From the IMG/VR virus record IMGVR_UViG_3300027365_000010, positions 28,454 to 92,453 of that record: a stretch of 64,000 bases of DNA. One strand, 5' to 3'. Numbering within the stretch: the first letter of the stretch is position 1; every line of letters begins with the position of its first letter. The translations under genes were made by a program, and so were the position numbers. Positions 1 through 10,153 of the stretch are shown piece after piece. Source of the stretch: a virus. Below the pieces are notes generated by a model, which worked only from the letters and a program-made list of their open reading frames with translations, did no database searches and was not told where the DNA came from.

Positions 1-285
1 GTTGATGCTGGTTGTGATCAATTTCCCTATTGTGTTTTTGGTAAGCTGATTTCGTGGAAGGACTCGGACACCGAGTGGATTATCTTTATAGGTAAGCTTG
101 AATGTATACTTATACAGCTTTCTCAAAATATCCAAGTATGATTTCTCAAAATAATCAAATTCATCTAGACCAAGTAATTCTATATGGCCTTTGAATTCAA
201 TCATAAAATTATCAAATGCTTCACGGGCATTTGATAATTTCTTTTGATCAGAGTCTATATCTTCAAAAAGTTGTTGTAATCTCAT
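1..285 (-). CDS. Hypothetical protein (runs off window start), N-terminus MRLQQLFE
   Basis: ATG at 285-283 on the minus strand, frame open to base 1; TAAATA late-type motif just upstream. Not in the ORF track. Confidence 0.7.
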   Translation of the reverse strand, partial: MRLQQLFEDIDSDQKKLSNAREAFDNFMIEFKGHIELLGLDEFDYFEKSYLDILRKLYKYTFKLTYKDNPLGVRVLPRNQLTKNTIGKLITTSIN

Positions 286-320
286 AAGTTTATAACCTGT
301 ATAAACTTATTTATCCATTT

Positions 321-794
321 CTAACATTTTGATTTACAGACTGCTTCCCAGATTTTACGACAATCGTCAAGTGCATCATGTGAACGCTTTTGATGCATCA
401 TGATTGTTATCATCGCTTCGAGTTGTGCATGTGTCTCACACAGAGTGTGTACACCATGAACATTCACATTGACATGAGGCTCAAGCTCAACGGTTTCGAA
501 TAAGCGAGATAACCAGAATCCATCAAATTCAGGCGCATCTGAATAGACAATTATATCATCACCAAGTTTATTCAAGATTCGTCTAACCGCTAAGTCAGCG
601 GGGATACCTTCTTGGTATAGGCGTTCTCGTGGGATTTTATGAATTTCTTCTGCATTTTCATCCCAATACGTCCATTCGTCTTCCGGCGTGATATAGAACG
701 AGTCTTCCTCACCTGTCTTAGGATTCAACCATGCAACCTGAATAGGATAAGAATCATCATGCAAACCACTTGCTTCGATATCTAGAATAACCAT
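321..794 (-). CDS. DEDDh 3'-5' exonuclease (DnaQ-like)
   Basis: ExoI motif LDIEASG, ExoII-like SDAPEFD, ExoIII HDALDD; likely start at MVILD behind a CAGGAG RBS. Confidence 0.85.
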   Translation of the reverse strand: MVILDIEASGLHDDSYPIQVAWLNPKTGEEDSFYITPEDEWTYWDENAEEIHKIPRERLYQEGIPADLAVRRILNKLGDDIIVYSDAPEFDGFWLSRLFETVELEPHVNVNVHGVHTLCETHAQLEAMITIMMHQKRSHDALDDCRKIWEAVCKSKC

Positions 795-835
795 GTATAT
801 CTCCTGTTGTAAGATGATGGTGTGTAAGCACACCA

Positions 836-2737
836 TCACTGCCCTGCCATAAAGTTATCAAATTGGACGGTTTGTTCAAGTACTGTGTAGACATCATCAT
901 ACATAACACTACCATCATCGCTCATGAAAGACGCGGTAGTGATGATATTTTTAATCTGTCTACCATTGATGTTATATTCAGATAGTGTCTCAATATCATC
1001 GTCAGTGATATTATGTGAAACATTATCCAATAGGTTCTTCCAAATTTTGAATTTCACTTTACTAACCGGCTTCGTATAATGAATGGCGAAAGTGATTCTA
1101 GATTTGAACGCTTCGTCAAACTCATTAGCACGATTGGAAGTCAAAAACATTGTGCCTGAATAGTACTCAATGAGACGTAGAAATACTGCCACAATAGCAT
1201 TACGCTCGATATTAGTGCTGTCTCGCTTTTCTAGTGCAACATCAGCTTCGTCTACTAATAGGGTCGCATTCCAACGCTCAGCGTATCTCAACGAAAGCTC
1301 CATTCCGTGTTCAAGTTCTTTCAAACTATCGAACTCACTTATATTGATTTTATATAGAGGGCGTTCAAGAAGTTCTGAAATAGCTTCTGCTGTCAATGTT
1401 TTACCAGTCCCCGGTTCACCATGGAGAAGGAACACATTACCACCACCCTTAGAATCAATGAAGTCTATACTATTTTGATTATGTGATACACTGGATGAAC
1501 AAATCTTACGAATAATATTCTTTTTAGTATTGTCCATCTGAAGCTTTTCAAAGGAGTCCTTTCGAAATTCAATTTTCTCGATATTATTTTTATCCCCAAC
1601 GAACCACTTTTTCCTATTCAGATCGTAACATAGGATAGTATTCACCAAGCACAGCAAGTCGTCGTCAGAATAGTCACCGTTGGCTTCTGTTACTGACCTG
1701 AAATTCTTTGATTGGTTATTGCTGTTGCATATAACGTCGATGCCGTGAATTGCGTATAGATTATTAAACAGCTCCACGTCATTATAATACAGAGCTTGTG
1801 AGTCAACGATGACTCGGCCATTGACGAAAATATCACGAGGGGCCATAAGTCCGGCTTCCTGCGCTTCACCAACGTATTTAACATATCGTTCAGACGAACT
1901 GATATAGCTACGATTAGTATTAATACGTTCTTGAATATCACTATCATTAACAGGCTTGAACGGTAGTGTAGAAACGTTATATCGCTCTTTTAGTGGAATA
2001 GCAGTATGGACCTTAGCCCTGTTCAATTTTCCATCCTTTTCTACGTTACATGGCACAGTCAGTAGCAGATATGGAGACTGCGCAAAGGGGAGTACAACAT
2101 CTACCTCAACAGTTGATGTCCCAAGCTTACCATTTGTGAAAATATCACAGTCAGTAAGATAGAGTACGTCATCATTTGTTCTCAAACTTTGAAAATACGT
2201 ATACAGATTTACTAAGGATACGGTATCCTTGTCAAAAATATCTTTCACAATATCTGTATTATTGTTCGTATAAGTTTTCACGAAATCCACAACGTCTTGA
2301 TCGTCACCATATTCAAATACGCTCATGGACATTACTTCGTCGAAATGCTCTTTAAGAAAGTCGCTATTTACCGCGACAATGGTATCATGTTCATCATGTC
2401 TATTAAAAATAAAATATGAGTCCTCGGACTGTTTCTTTTTAATAGTAGGAAGGCGCTTAGACATAGGTTTCGTAAATCCTTCATCAGTAAAACAATACCA
2501 TGTCGTACTAATGTCTCCATGAGTAAAGTTTACCTTATCTACGAAAGGTACATAACCTTCACATGAATATCTATCCATCATAGATTCATCAAATTCTTCA
2601 GGGAGATCGACATCCAAAATAAGATTATTGAATATGTTATTCATTACAGTTTTTTGTTCTGATGTACAAGTTTTTCTTTTTATTGATTTGGTCATAGATT
2701 TCGCTTCACATTTAACAGGTTCGATTTTGGGACTCAC
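836..2737 (-). CDS. AAA+ ATPase with long N-terminal domain
   Basis: Walker A GEPGTGKT, Walker B LLVDEAD, sensor I/SRH LTSNR...FDEAFKSRI, C-terminal NGRQIKN. Confidence 0.92.
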   Translation of the reverse strand: MSPKIEPVKCEAKSMTKSIKRKTCTSEQKTVMNNIFNNLILDVDLPEEFDESMMDRYSCEGYVPFVDKVNFTHGDISTTWYCFTDEGFTKPMSKRLPTIKKKQSEDSYFIFNRHDEHDTIVAVNSDFLKEHFDEVMSMSVFEYGDDQDVVDFVKTYTNNNTDIVKDIFDKDTVSLVNLYTYFQSLRTNDDVLYLTDCDIFTNGKLGTSTVEVDVVLPFAQSPYLLLTVPCNVEKDGKLNRAKVHTAIPLKERYNVSTLPFKPVNDSDIQERINTNRSYISSSERYVKYVGEAQEAGLMAPRDIFVNGRVIVDSQALYYNDVELFNNLYAIHGIDVICNSNNQSKNFRSVTEANGDYSDDDLLCLVNTILCYDLNRKKWFVGDKNNIEKIEFRKDSFEKLQMDNTKKNIIRKICSSSVSHNQNSIDFIDSKGGGNVFLLHGEPGTGKTLTAEAISELLERPLYKINISEFDSLKELEHGMELSLRYAERWNATLLVDEADVALEKRDSTNIERNAIVAVFLRLIEYYSGTMFLTSNRANEFDEAFKSRITFAIHYTKPVSKVKFKIWKNLLDNVSHNITDDDIETLSEYNINGRQIKNIITTASFMSDDGSVMYDDVYTVLEQTVQFDNFMAGQ

Positions 2738-2748
2738 AATTATACTCC

Positions 2749-2976
2749 TTAATTAGATAGTTCTAGTTCAACAACATGGTAATCGCCTGATACATCATCA
2801 ATTAGTACATATTTGCCTTGACTAACAACACTACTGACTAGCTTCTCAAGCGACGTGTTCGAATAGATAGGGAAGTTCATAGAGTAAACTTCATCTATCG
2901 TCCCATGATTCCTATACTTCCACTCAGTGGAAGCATTTGGATACCATGAGTATACAACTGGAAGATGCTTATTCAT
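2749..2976 (-). CDS. Hypothetical protein
   Basis: 75-aa ORF, translationally coupled within the minus-strand operon. Confidence 0.6.
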   Translation of the reverse strand: MNKHLPVVYSWYPNASTEWKYRNHGTIDEVYSMNFPIYSNTSLEKLVSSVVSQGKYVLIDDVSGDYHVVELELSN

Positions 2977-3860
2977 TTTATCACCCTATTGGTAATTTGT
3001 TTAATTTCTTGCAATGCCTGTTCGAACTTATCCACACTACGAACATCATCAGCGCTTACAGTACCATAAAATTCTTCTAGACAATCCAATAGTAGTTGCT
3101 TGATTTTAGCCTCATCCGCTGTATGTTGTAAAGTCGATTTGGCATAAAGTTCGTCAAGAGTTTTTTCTTTTCGCTTGAAGAAATCCTCAATTTCTTCAAT
3201 ACTCCAATCACCGCGTCGTACAGACTTCAGCATTTCACGATGTGCCATAGGATCGAAATCACCATGGACCAGAATATCTTCAACTTGGTTGATTAATCGA
3301 ATGATATGATATCCAAATTTAACATCGTAGCCATATTTTTCAACCAGTTCTTTGCGCATACCTTTACTTTCTTTATGTCTTAGTTTTTTCATTTGCGCAT
3401 ATGCATAACCGCGATATCGATGCCATGCGCCTTTATGAAGGAACATGTGGCGGCTATCTTTAACCATATCACCAATTTTTGTACTATGTGTTACAGATTG
3501 TTGGCGAGTGAACAAAGAGTCTAACATGTTCGGGTTATTGTCCATAAGCAATGTAAAGTACGTCACAATACTGAAAATATTCAAGTCTATTTCTTTATCA
3601 TATGCATTGATATGATGCTTTTGGTACTGCTTGAATGTTTCTGGACCTTTTTTACCAAAATTATAGATGTATCCTGCGGTATGTGGGAATACAATTCTCT
3701 TTGGTGGGATAGTAAACGCATAAATGTCTAGATCGGAATCGTCATTAGAAACACCATACGCTTGGCTTCCCATAATAGTTTCATATTGAACGTTTTCTAA
3801 AATATAAGGTTCAATATTCGTCACAATTTTGTCTCGATACAATCTCTGACTGTAATTCAT
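2973..3860 (-). CDS. Pol-beta superfamily nucleotidyltransferase (T4 NrdC.11/YcgL-like)
   Basis: GSQAYG...SDLD signature, NNPNMLDSLF, GYDVKFGYHIIRL helical region. Confidence 0.85.
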   Translation of the reverse strand: MNYSQRLYRDKIVTNIEPYILENVQYETIMGSQAYGVSNDDSDLDIYAFTIPPKRIVFPHTAGYIYNFGKKGPETFKQYQKHHINAYDKEIDLNIFSIVTYFTLLMDNNPNMLDSLFTRQQSVTHSTKIGDMVKDSRHMFLHKGAWHRYRGYAYAQMKKLRHKESKGMRKELVEKYGYDVKFGYHIIRLINQVEDILVHGDFDPMAHREMLKSVRRGDWSIEEIEDFFKRKEKTLDELYAKSTLQHTADEAKIKQLLLDCLEEFYGTVSADDVRSVDKFEQALQEIKQITNRVIK

Positions 3861-3862
3861 TA

Positions 3863-4762
3863 TTAAACTCCGTGCTTTAATTTCATTTTGTTTATGAAAT
3901 CTGAAAATCTTCTGTCATTAAAAATTTCACTAGGTATATCCCAAGGTGTATAATACGCGCTATTACACTTACAAAACTTAACGTAATTATCCCCGGTTTC
4001 TAGGGACGCTTTAAAAACCCTAATTTGGCCATAGAATGTTTTTCCTCTAAGGTCTAATGCAATAGAATATGGAGATATGCCATTTTTCTTTACGAAAGTA
4101 ACCATAACATCCACATCCTCATCTGTCCAACCTTTGGATTCAATTCTGTTTTTACCAAATAGAATATTGTACTTGGAATACAGTGACTGTATATTGCCAT
4201 ACCACACAGATTGCTCTGTGCGACTGGGGAAGTGATGAAAATATTCTCTCGGATTCCTTACATACGAGCTATTCCAAAAATGACGCTTCAGTTCTTGTCG
4301 GTCCTCTTTACTTACATTTTGAAAAAAATTAAACTTTTCAGCAAACGTCTCAAGCGCTATATCGGAGGTATTGTTAGTAACGATCCATGATATCAAACAT
4401 TTGGTTGTCTCAATATCGTATGTTTCTAACATGGCTATTCTTACAGGATATTCTATTCGACCAGTAGATAGAATGTAATTAAGTAGTGTCAAATCTTTGT
4501 TCTTAAAATAAAGATGAAAACACGGTTCATAATTAAATAGCTGAATTTTCATATGAAATGGCAGTGCATCAAGCTCTAATGAAAAATCATAAAATGCCTG
4601 TTGATACAATTCATTCATTATGTAAACAGTGGAATTTTCATTCACACTCATTGGTATACTATACCTAAGAACCGATTCTGGTATAGACTGTAAATATTCG
4701 ACTATGGCCTCATCACTAACAGGATACCCAAAGAGTGTTGCGTTGCTTCTATAATTTTCCAC
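3863..4762 (-). CDS. Hypothetical protein
   Basis: 299-aa ORF, GTG start with AGGAGG RBS and its own sigma70 promoter. Confidence 0.75.
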   Translation of the reverse strand: MENYRSNATLFGYPVSDEAIVEYLQSIPESVLRYSIPMSVNENSTVYIMNELYQQAFYDFSLELDALPFHMKIQLFNYEPCFHLYFKNKDLTLLNYILSTGRIEYPVRIAMLETYDIETTKCLISWIVTNNTSDIALETFAEKFNFFQNVSKEDRQELKRHFWNSSYVRNPREYFHHFPSRTEQSVWYGNIQSLYSKYNILFGKNRIESKGWTDEDVDVMVTFVKKNGISPYSIALDLRGKTFYGQIRVFKASLETGDNYVKFCKCNSAYYTPWDIPSEIFNDRRFSDFINKMKLKHGV

Positions 4763-4782
4763 TACTATACCTCCTGTGCTAT

Positions 4783-4811
4783 ATTCTAACGATGATGGAG
4801 GCTGTTGTCAA
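4783..4811 (-). promoter_or_regulatory. Sigma70-type early promoter
   Basis: TTGACA-17 bp-TAGAAT on the minus strand. Confidence 0.75.
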
Positions 4812-4821
4812 CTAAGATAAT

Positions 4822-4843
4822 TAACGGCGCATACGCGCCGTTA
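4822..4843 (-). terminator. Hairpin, probable terminator after the RNR gene
   Basis: TAACGGCGC-ATAC-GCGCCGTTA inverted repeat just past the RNR stop codon. Confidence 0.55.
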
Positions 4844-4858
4844 GTCTAAGGTTCATGA

Positions 4859-7069
4859 TTAAAGCTCGCACTGTCTTCCCGAACATGCTTGCGCAGCCAT
4901 TGTATCAACTTCGGTATATACCTGTGATTTTTTAGCGTTTATTAGATCTGGGATTTTATCATTTTGTATGATAGTCATCCATCTGGAATTATTATAGCTA
5001 TCTTTCAGATAATTACATATAGTTTTAAGACAACCATTGAAGTGACGGTCTGCTTGTTGTTTTATATTTTCAACACAGAGGTACTTTATGTATGAGATAT
5101 TTTCTATATCCTCACCCCATCCTAGTACAGTATCACACGCTTTCCATAAATCGTTGTCAAATACTCTAAGAGCAAAGTCAATCTGAGGCTTCATGAAATC
5201 AGGTTCATATCCGTAAAAGTCTAGAATATCCTGCGCTTCGAATACCTCAGTAAAAGGCGCTTGTGCGTATGCTTTGTCGCCCATCTCTGATAGTAATGAG
5301 ACGCCTGTAAACCATTGTCTATTTTGGAATATAAACTCTTCCACTTCATCCCAATCATCAACTGAGATAGTATTTGATACGTTATGACGTTGTGTGGGAT
5401 CTACACACAACTCAACATTAGTACCCTCTTCTACCCAATAGCGCTGTGCTTCTAATACGTATTCGAGCTGCTTAACACCCATGACATCTTTTTTATAGAT
5501 AGATCCTTCTGGGCTTATAATAGGGAAGCTTACAACCTTATCAGTCTTATTATTAGACCAAACGCTGTCTTGTACCATCTCTGGATTAGCATCAACAATT
5601 TCTTTCAAAATATCGCTTTGTTCATTCATTTGGACATTACGGAAATACATAGGTGCATGTTCAGCATGTATTCCTGACGCACTACCTAGTATGGTACTCG
5701 TATTACCAGAAGGTTTAGTGCATGTGGTTCTTGATGCGACATTTATACCAATAATTTCAGCAACAATTCTATTCCACTTTTTAACTTCATGCGCACCTTC
5801 AATCATATTGTCTTTATTGAAAAGTATATCAGGGTTATTCATCCACCCAGTTATTGAAACACCTAAAAGTGCTTCTCTTTCAACAATTCTCTTTGATTCT
5901 TCAGTCAAATATGTGAAGTCTGTATACCCAGCCTGTAGTGTTCCTAAAATACTTGCCGCTTTTGCCGCTTTCAATAAATCATCTTTTGAACGACATAACG
6001 CACCATTAATTTCAGTGAGATTACACATAGAAAAACCACTGTTCCCTGTAACTAAGTCATAAGAACGTAAGCCAATCTCACAACATGGGTTCATAAGCTG
6101 TTCATAGTCATCAACAAATACGAATCCGGGCTCACCAACCTGCTTCACATTTTGGATAATTTCTTTCCACTCATATCTGGTGATCTCATCTCGTTTAATA
6201 ACGACACTATTGTTTGATCGTCCACGTTGTGGGTTAGTCACAAACCAATCGCCAGTCTTAGCAGTTAACATTTCCTCATCGTCTTTTGAAAATAAACAAA
6301 TTGTAGCGCTTCTTCGTACACCACCTGAGAGTACTGCATCACTCATGTACATCACAAAATCATAAGCAACTATAGGTCTGATTTTAGTTATTAATTGCTT
6401 CGACAGTTCACCTTCCAAAAGGCTTTCACAATGCTCAATACTATTTTTAAGACCATCTGGTCCCGGTGCTTTAAATCCTCCTGATATAAATGCACCTTTA
6501 GGACGAATCTGACTATAATCAAATTCTACTTTATAACCAGAGTATTCAGGGAACGGTGCATCTTCCGTAACATATGACGATATCAGGACACCAAACGCAT
6601 CACTCCAACCTTCAATGGAATCTGGTATAGTAAACGTCTTTGTTTTGTTGTGACGCTTTTTAATAGCCGGTAATTTACCTACATGATGCTTCTGTACAGA
6701 AAATCCGACACCCGCTCCACATAAAAGCATAAACATTGTCTCTTGAAAAAAACGTGGTCTATCACAATATGAAGCCGAACAGTTATACAGTCGAGTTGGA
6801 TGTTTGATTAGTTGCTCCCCACCAAACTGCAACGCTCTCTGGGAACCAACTATCTTTTTATTTAAATAATAATCTTCAACAAAGTCTATCATTTTAGATA
6901 GCTTGTCTGTCATCTTATTTTTATAGTATTCACGATGCATGTCCATCACACGATATACCGCGTCTTCCCATGTTTCGCTTCGGTCTTTATCATTTTGCCA
7001 TCGTGAATAGTCCATATAGAATTTAGAGTCCGCCATTAATTTTTTGTAGTCTAAGTGCATGTTTTTCAT
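4859..7069 (-). CDS. nrdJ: Ribonucleotide reductase, monomeric class II (adenosylcobalamin-dependent, RTPR-type)
   Basis: LYNC, LLCGAGVGFSV, GGVRRSA, NPCCEI, CNLTEIN, KPSGN, C-terminal CSGRQCEL cysteine pair; no class I YY motif and no adjacent beta subunit. Confidence 0.85.
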   Translation of the reverse strand: MKNMHLDYKKLMADSKFYMDYSRWQNDKDRSETWEDAVYRVMDMHREYYKNKMTDKLSKMIDFVEDYYLNKKIVGSQRALQFGGEQLIKHPTRLYNCSASYCDRPRFFQETMFMLLCGAGVGFSVQKHHVGKLPAIKKRHNKTKTFTIPDSIEGWSDAFGVLISSYVTEDAPFPEYSGYKVEFDYSQIRPKGAFISGGFKAPGPDGLKNSIEHCESLLEGELSKQLITKIRPIVAYDFVMYMSDAVLSGGVRRSATICLFSKDDEEMLTAKTGDWFVTNPQRGRSNNSVVIKRDEITRYEWKEIIQNVKQVGEPGFVFVDDYEQLMNPCCEIGLRSYDLVTGNSGFSMCNLTEINGALCRSKDDLLKAAKAASILGTLQAGYTDFTYLTEESKRIVEREALLGVSITGWMNNPDILFNKDNMIEGAHEVKKWNRIVAEIIGINVASRTTCTKPSGNTSTILGSASGIHAEHAPMYFRNVQMNEQSDILKEIVDANPEMVQDSVWSNNKTDKVVSFPIISPEGSIYKKDVMGVKQLEYVLEAQRYWVEEGTNVELCVDPTQRHNVSNTISVDDWDEVEEFIFQNRQWFTGVSLLSEMGDKAYAQAPFTEVFEAQDILDFYGYEPDFMKPQIDFALRVFDNDLWKACDTVLGWGEDIENISYIKYLCVENIKQQADRHFNGCLKTICNYLKDSYNNSRWMTIIQNDKIPDLINAKKSQVYTEVDTMAAQACSGRQCEL

Positions 7070-7224
7070 AGATATAGCCCTGTATTATTCATATGTAAAT
7101 TGTGTATGTAGTTGTTTTTAAAAGAAAAATTATTCCCCATCTGTTTTGGTTATTCGAAAAAATACATTTATAAGGAATGTTCTGGATTAATATTTAGGAA
7201 GACTTGAGCTTGTTAATATGCACA

Positions 7225-7261
7225 TATAAATAACTAGTTGATTTATCTATAACTATAAATA
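7225..7261 (+). promoter_or_regulatory. Two T4-type late promoters
   Basis: TATAAATA at 7225-7232 and 7254-7261, upstream of the neck gene. Confidence 0.7.
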
Positions 7262-7278
7262 AATACAAGAAAAGAAGG

Positions 7279-8304
7279 ATGTTGGTAATGCCGAAGATGA
7301 AATTATGGCGTAATAATAGAACAAATGATTTTAAATTTCAGGACAACATAATACGTGAGTTTTTTGAAATATCAGGTACCCAAGTTTACGTACATCGATA
7401 CGTTGGCGTAATAGATGATGATGGGAATGTGAATGAGGATATAAAGATCCAAGATCTGCTATTTATGGAATCACGTGACCGTAAATATGACAAAGACGTG
7501 ATCGAAATGTGGGGCATATACCAAGTCTCTGATAATGACTTTGAACTTTCCCAGTTTGGCTTTTTTATGTCTGATACTCTATATCTAGACTTTCATCTCA
7601 ATAGCATGGCATCTAAATTAGGACGCAAGCTTTCTGCTGGCGATGTGATCGAACTCACACATCTACGTGACGATCTCGTAGAGGGCGAAGAGGGTGCAGT
7701 AAATGCGTTCTACGTCATTGAAGAAGGTCGTCGTTCGGCTGAAGGATATGGTCCCACATGGTTACCTCATGTATGGCGGGTAAGAATAAAGAAAATATTT
7801 GATAGCCGTGAATACAGTGATGTTCTAGAAAATATACAGGAAGAATCGGATAACGATGGTCTTTTAGATATTATTTCAAACCACAATCAAGCGACTAATG
7901 CAAACATATCTGCCGTTACAGAAGCCGAAGAAGAAGTTCCGTATAACGACTATGTAGATGACTATATCTATCGTCCAGAATTAGACGGTGCTGAAGAAAT
8001 GGATGATACCATTGATTTAGAAAGTGTTCCTAAACGAACATCATTTCCTGTAGATGCTGAAGAAGGCGACTATGTGATACGTATAGATTATAAACCGGCA
8101 CAGATATTTGTGTTTCGTGAGGACCGCTGGGAACTAGTAGATCAGAAATATTACCGCAATTGGTCTCCGGGTCATGAACATCATAAATCCTTTATTGAGA
8201 ATGATAAAACATTTAATGATGGTGATCGTGGCGAGCGCCAAGAAGAAACATACATTAGCAATCCAATTAATCCAATCGTAGACAATGATGATAACAATGA
8301 ATAA
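7279..8304 (+). CDS. Neck/head-closure protein (T4 gp14-like)
   Basis: DLLFMESRDRKYD, FELSQFGFF, GRKLSAGDVIEL pattern resembles gp14-like proteins; late promoter. Confidence 0.65.
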   Translation: MLVMPKMKLWRNNRTNDFKFQDNIIREFFEISGTQVYVHRYVGVIDDDGNVNEDIKIQDLLFMESRDRKYDKDVIEMWGIYQVSDNDFELSQFGFFMSDTLYLDFHLNSMASKLGRKLSAGDVIELTHLRDDLVEGEEGAVNAFYVIEEGRRSAEGYGPTWLPHVWRVRIKKIFDSREYSDVLENIQEESDNDGLLDIISNHNQATNANISAVTEAEEEVPYNDYVDDYIYRPELDGAEEMDDTIDLESVPKRTSFPVDAEEGDYVIRIDYKPAQIFVFREDRWELVDQKYYRNWSPGHEHHKSFIENDKTFNDGDRGERQEETYISNPINPIVDNDDNNE

Positions 8305-9112
8305 AACAATAAACGAGAAACTTATACAAACTCCACCAAAGACTCCTAATGAAGGTCAGGTAATTGTAATGGCTGGATCTGCGGGTTCTGGTAAAAACTT
8401 TTCAATTGATAATTTCACCGATATAGGTAATAAATTCAAAGTTTTGGATATTGACGATTTACAACATCTTGTGGTAAAGAGCAAGGTTATATTCAAACGC
8501 TTCAGAGAATTTTTAGAAAAGATAGACTCGCCTTTCGCTGACTACACTGACAGCGACTTACGTGATCCGAGTATTTTCCGCGATAGTGAATTTGTGGATA
8601 CTATCTATGATTTTCTCACGGTGAATAATATACCAAGAAGTCGTTTAGACGTTTTCTTACGTACAAATAAAAAAAGTGAGAGATTACCAAATGTCGTTAT
8701 CAATACAACTTTCGGTAACGTAGACAATGTAAAAAAGAAACTGCAAGTTTTGATGGATCATGGTTATAAGAAAGAAAATATAAACCTACTCTGGATATTA
8801 ACTACCAAAGAAGAATCTATGATGCGAAACCTATCTAGAGAAAGAACTGTTAAAGGGGATTATCTAGAAAAGAACTATGCCGAAACAGTACGTAATATGA
8901 AAGAGATTATTTCAAAACAGTCCGGTCTATTAAACACATATATCGATGGTAAGATATGGGCCGTCTTTAATACGTCATTGTTAACAAGGTTTCACGATAA
9001 TAGTAAGCTTGTTAAAGATTTCACTTATGTAACATTAAAAGACGAAAACGGATGGAACAAAAGTGAAATCGAAAAGCTTAATCGTTGGATTTCAGGAATC
9101 GGACGGAGCTGA
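8297..9112 (+). CDS. P-loop kinase-fold protein (zeta-toxin/AAA_33-like)
   Basis: Walker A GSAGSGKN, DID motif, lid-like RNLSRER; 3' end overlaps the convergent tdk gene by 35 bp. Confidence 0.65.
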   Translation: MNKTINEKLIQTPPKTPNEGQVIVMAGSAGSGKNFSIDNFTDIGNKFKVLDIDDLQHLVVKSKVIFKRFREFLEKIDSPFADYTDSDLRDPSIFRDSEFVDTIYDFLTVNNIPRSRLDVFLRTNKKSERLPNVVINTTFGNVDNVKKKLQVLMDHGYKKENINLLWILTTKEESMMRNLSRERTVKGDYLEKNYAETVRNMKEIISKQSGLLNTYIDGKIWAVFNTSLLTRFHDNSKLVKDFTYVTLKDENGWNKSEIEKLNRWISGIGRS

Positions 9113-9680
9113 GTGTCTTCCAATGTCTCCGGCATACGGAGACATACTTATCCTCAGATCCAATTTCAACCTGATTGCCATCCCTAACTACATTGTACTC
9201 AGAATCGTATCTTAAAATATGTGTCGCCTTAGACATACAGAAGCATAGTTGCTTAATTTCCTCTAATTTATCAGCATGTTGGAATAATTCACAACTACCT
9301 TCAAATAAGTTCCCAAAGCAATCAGTGCGTAACCCATAACATACTACTGGGATATCCATAAAATCTACAATATCCGTAAGCTGTCTAATATTGTATTTGC
9401 TCAGAAACTGGGCTTCATCTACCACAATACATGAGGGTTCATACTCAATGCTATTTAAAATATCCTGAATGGACTGGTCTTTAGCGTATGGTATCGCTTC
9501 TTGTTTAATACCCAATCGTGATTCTATGAAATACGAACCGTCCTCATATGAACGCATATCTAAACTCGATGTAAGCAAAAGCGTCTTATTATCGAATACA
9601 CTGTAGTTATGCGCAAGTTGTAGTAGATGCGTACTCTTTCCTGCGTTCATTACTGAGTATACAAACTTTAGCTTTGCCAT
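9078..9680 (-). CDS. tdk: Thymidine kinase (TK1 type)
   Basis: MNAGKST, VDEAQFL, YGLRTD, Zn lasso CFC...YVSVCRRHW. Confidence 0.95.
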   Translation of the reverse strand: MAKLKFVYSVMNAGKSTHLLQLAHNYSVFDNKTLLLTSSLDMRSYEDGSYFIESRLGIKQEAIPYAKDQSIQDILNSIEYEPSCIVVDEAQFLSKYNIRQLTDIVDFMDIPVVCYGLRTDCFGNLFEGSCELFQHADKLEEIKQLCFCMSKATHILRYDSEYNVVRDGNQVEIGSEDKYVSVCRRHWKTLSSVRFLKSND

Positions 9681-10153
9681 TGTTTTACTAAATCCATGAA
9701 AATTTCAATCTTATCATGATTGTTAAGAATATAGATTTCATAGTCCATATTCAAACGCTTGATCTCATCCATGCTATCATCTAAGTTCCAACGCTTTTGA
9801 AATTCTTCATCATCACCCACAATAAACCGTACTTCTTTGATACCGTTCTGGCTTAATCTGTTGATACATGGAACACAAGGTGGATGTGTAATATATGCTA
9901 CAGAACCTCGTACATTCTCAGTGCTGTTATAGATAGCATTTTCTTCAGCATGTATTGTCCTTGGATACTTTTTAGAACGGTCTTCTAGGAACTCTCTCGC
10001 ATCGTCAGACTCTCTTGAAAAACCATTATATCCAAGTCCAACTGGGACATTGAGATCATTAACCAGTACACAACCCACCTTTGTAGATGGGTCTTTTGAA
10101 AATGAGGAATAATATAATGCTAACCCTACAAACCTACGTTCCCATTGATTCAT
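9668..10153 (-). CDS. dCMP deaminase
   Basis: SKDPSTKVG, GYNG, HAEENAI, PCVPC zinc motifs. Confidence 0.93.
   Translation of the reverse strand: MNQWERRFVGLALYYSSFSKDPSTKVGCVLVNDLNVPVGLGYNGFSRESDDAREFLEDRSKKYPRTIHAEENAIYNSTENVRGSVAYITHPPCVPCINRLSQNGIKEVRFIVGDDEEFQKRWNLDDSMDEIKRLNMDYEIYILNNHDKIEIFMDLVKQWQS

Noticed and set aside
4859-7069. Class I RNR alpha subunit or intein-containing RNR
   Set aside because: There is no C-terminal tyrosine pair, no adjacent beta gene and no intein motif; the length fits an uninterrupted monomeric class II enzyme.
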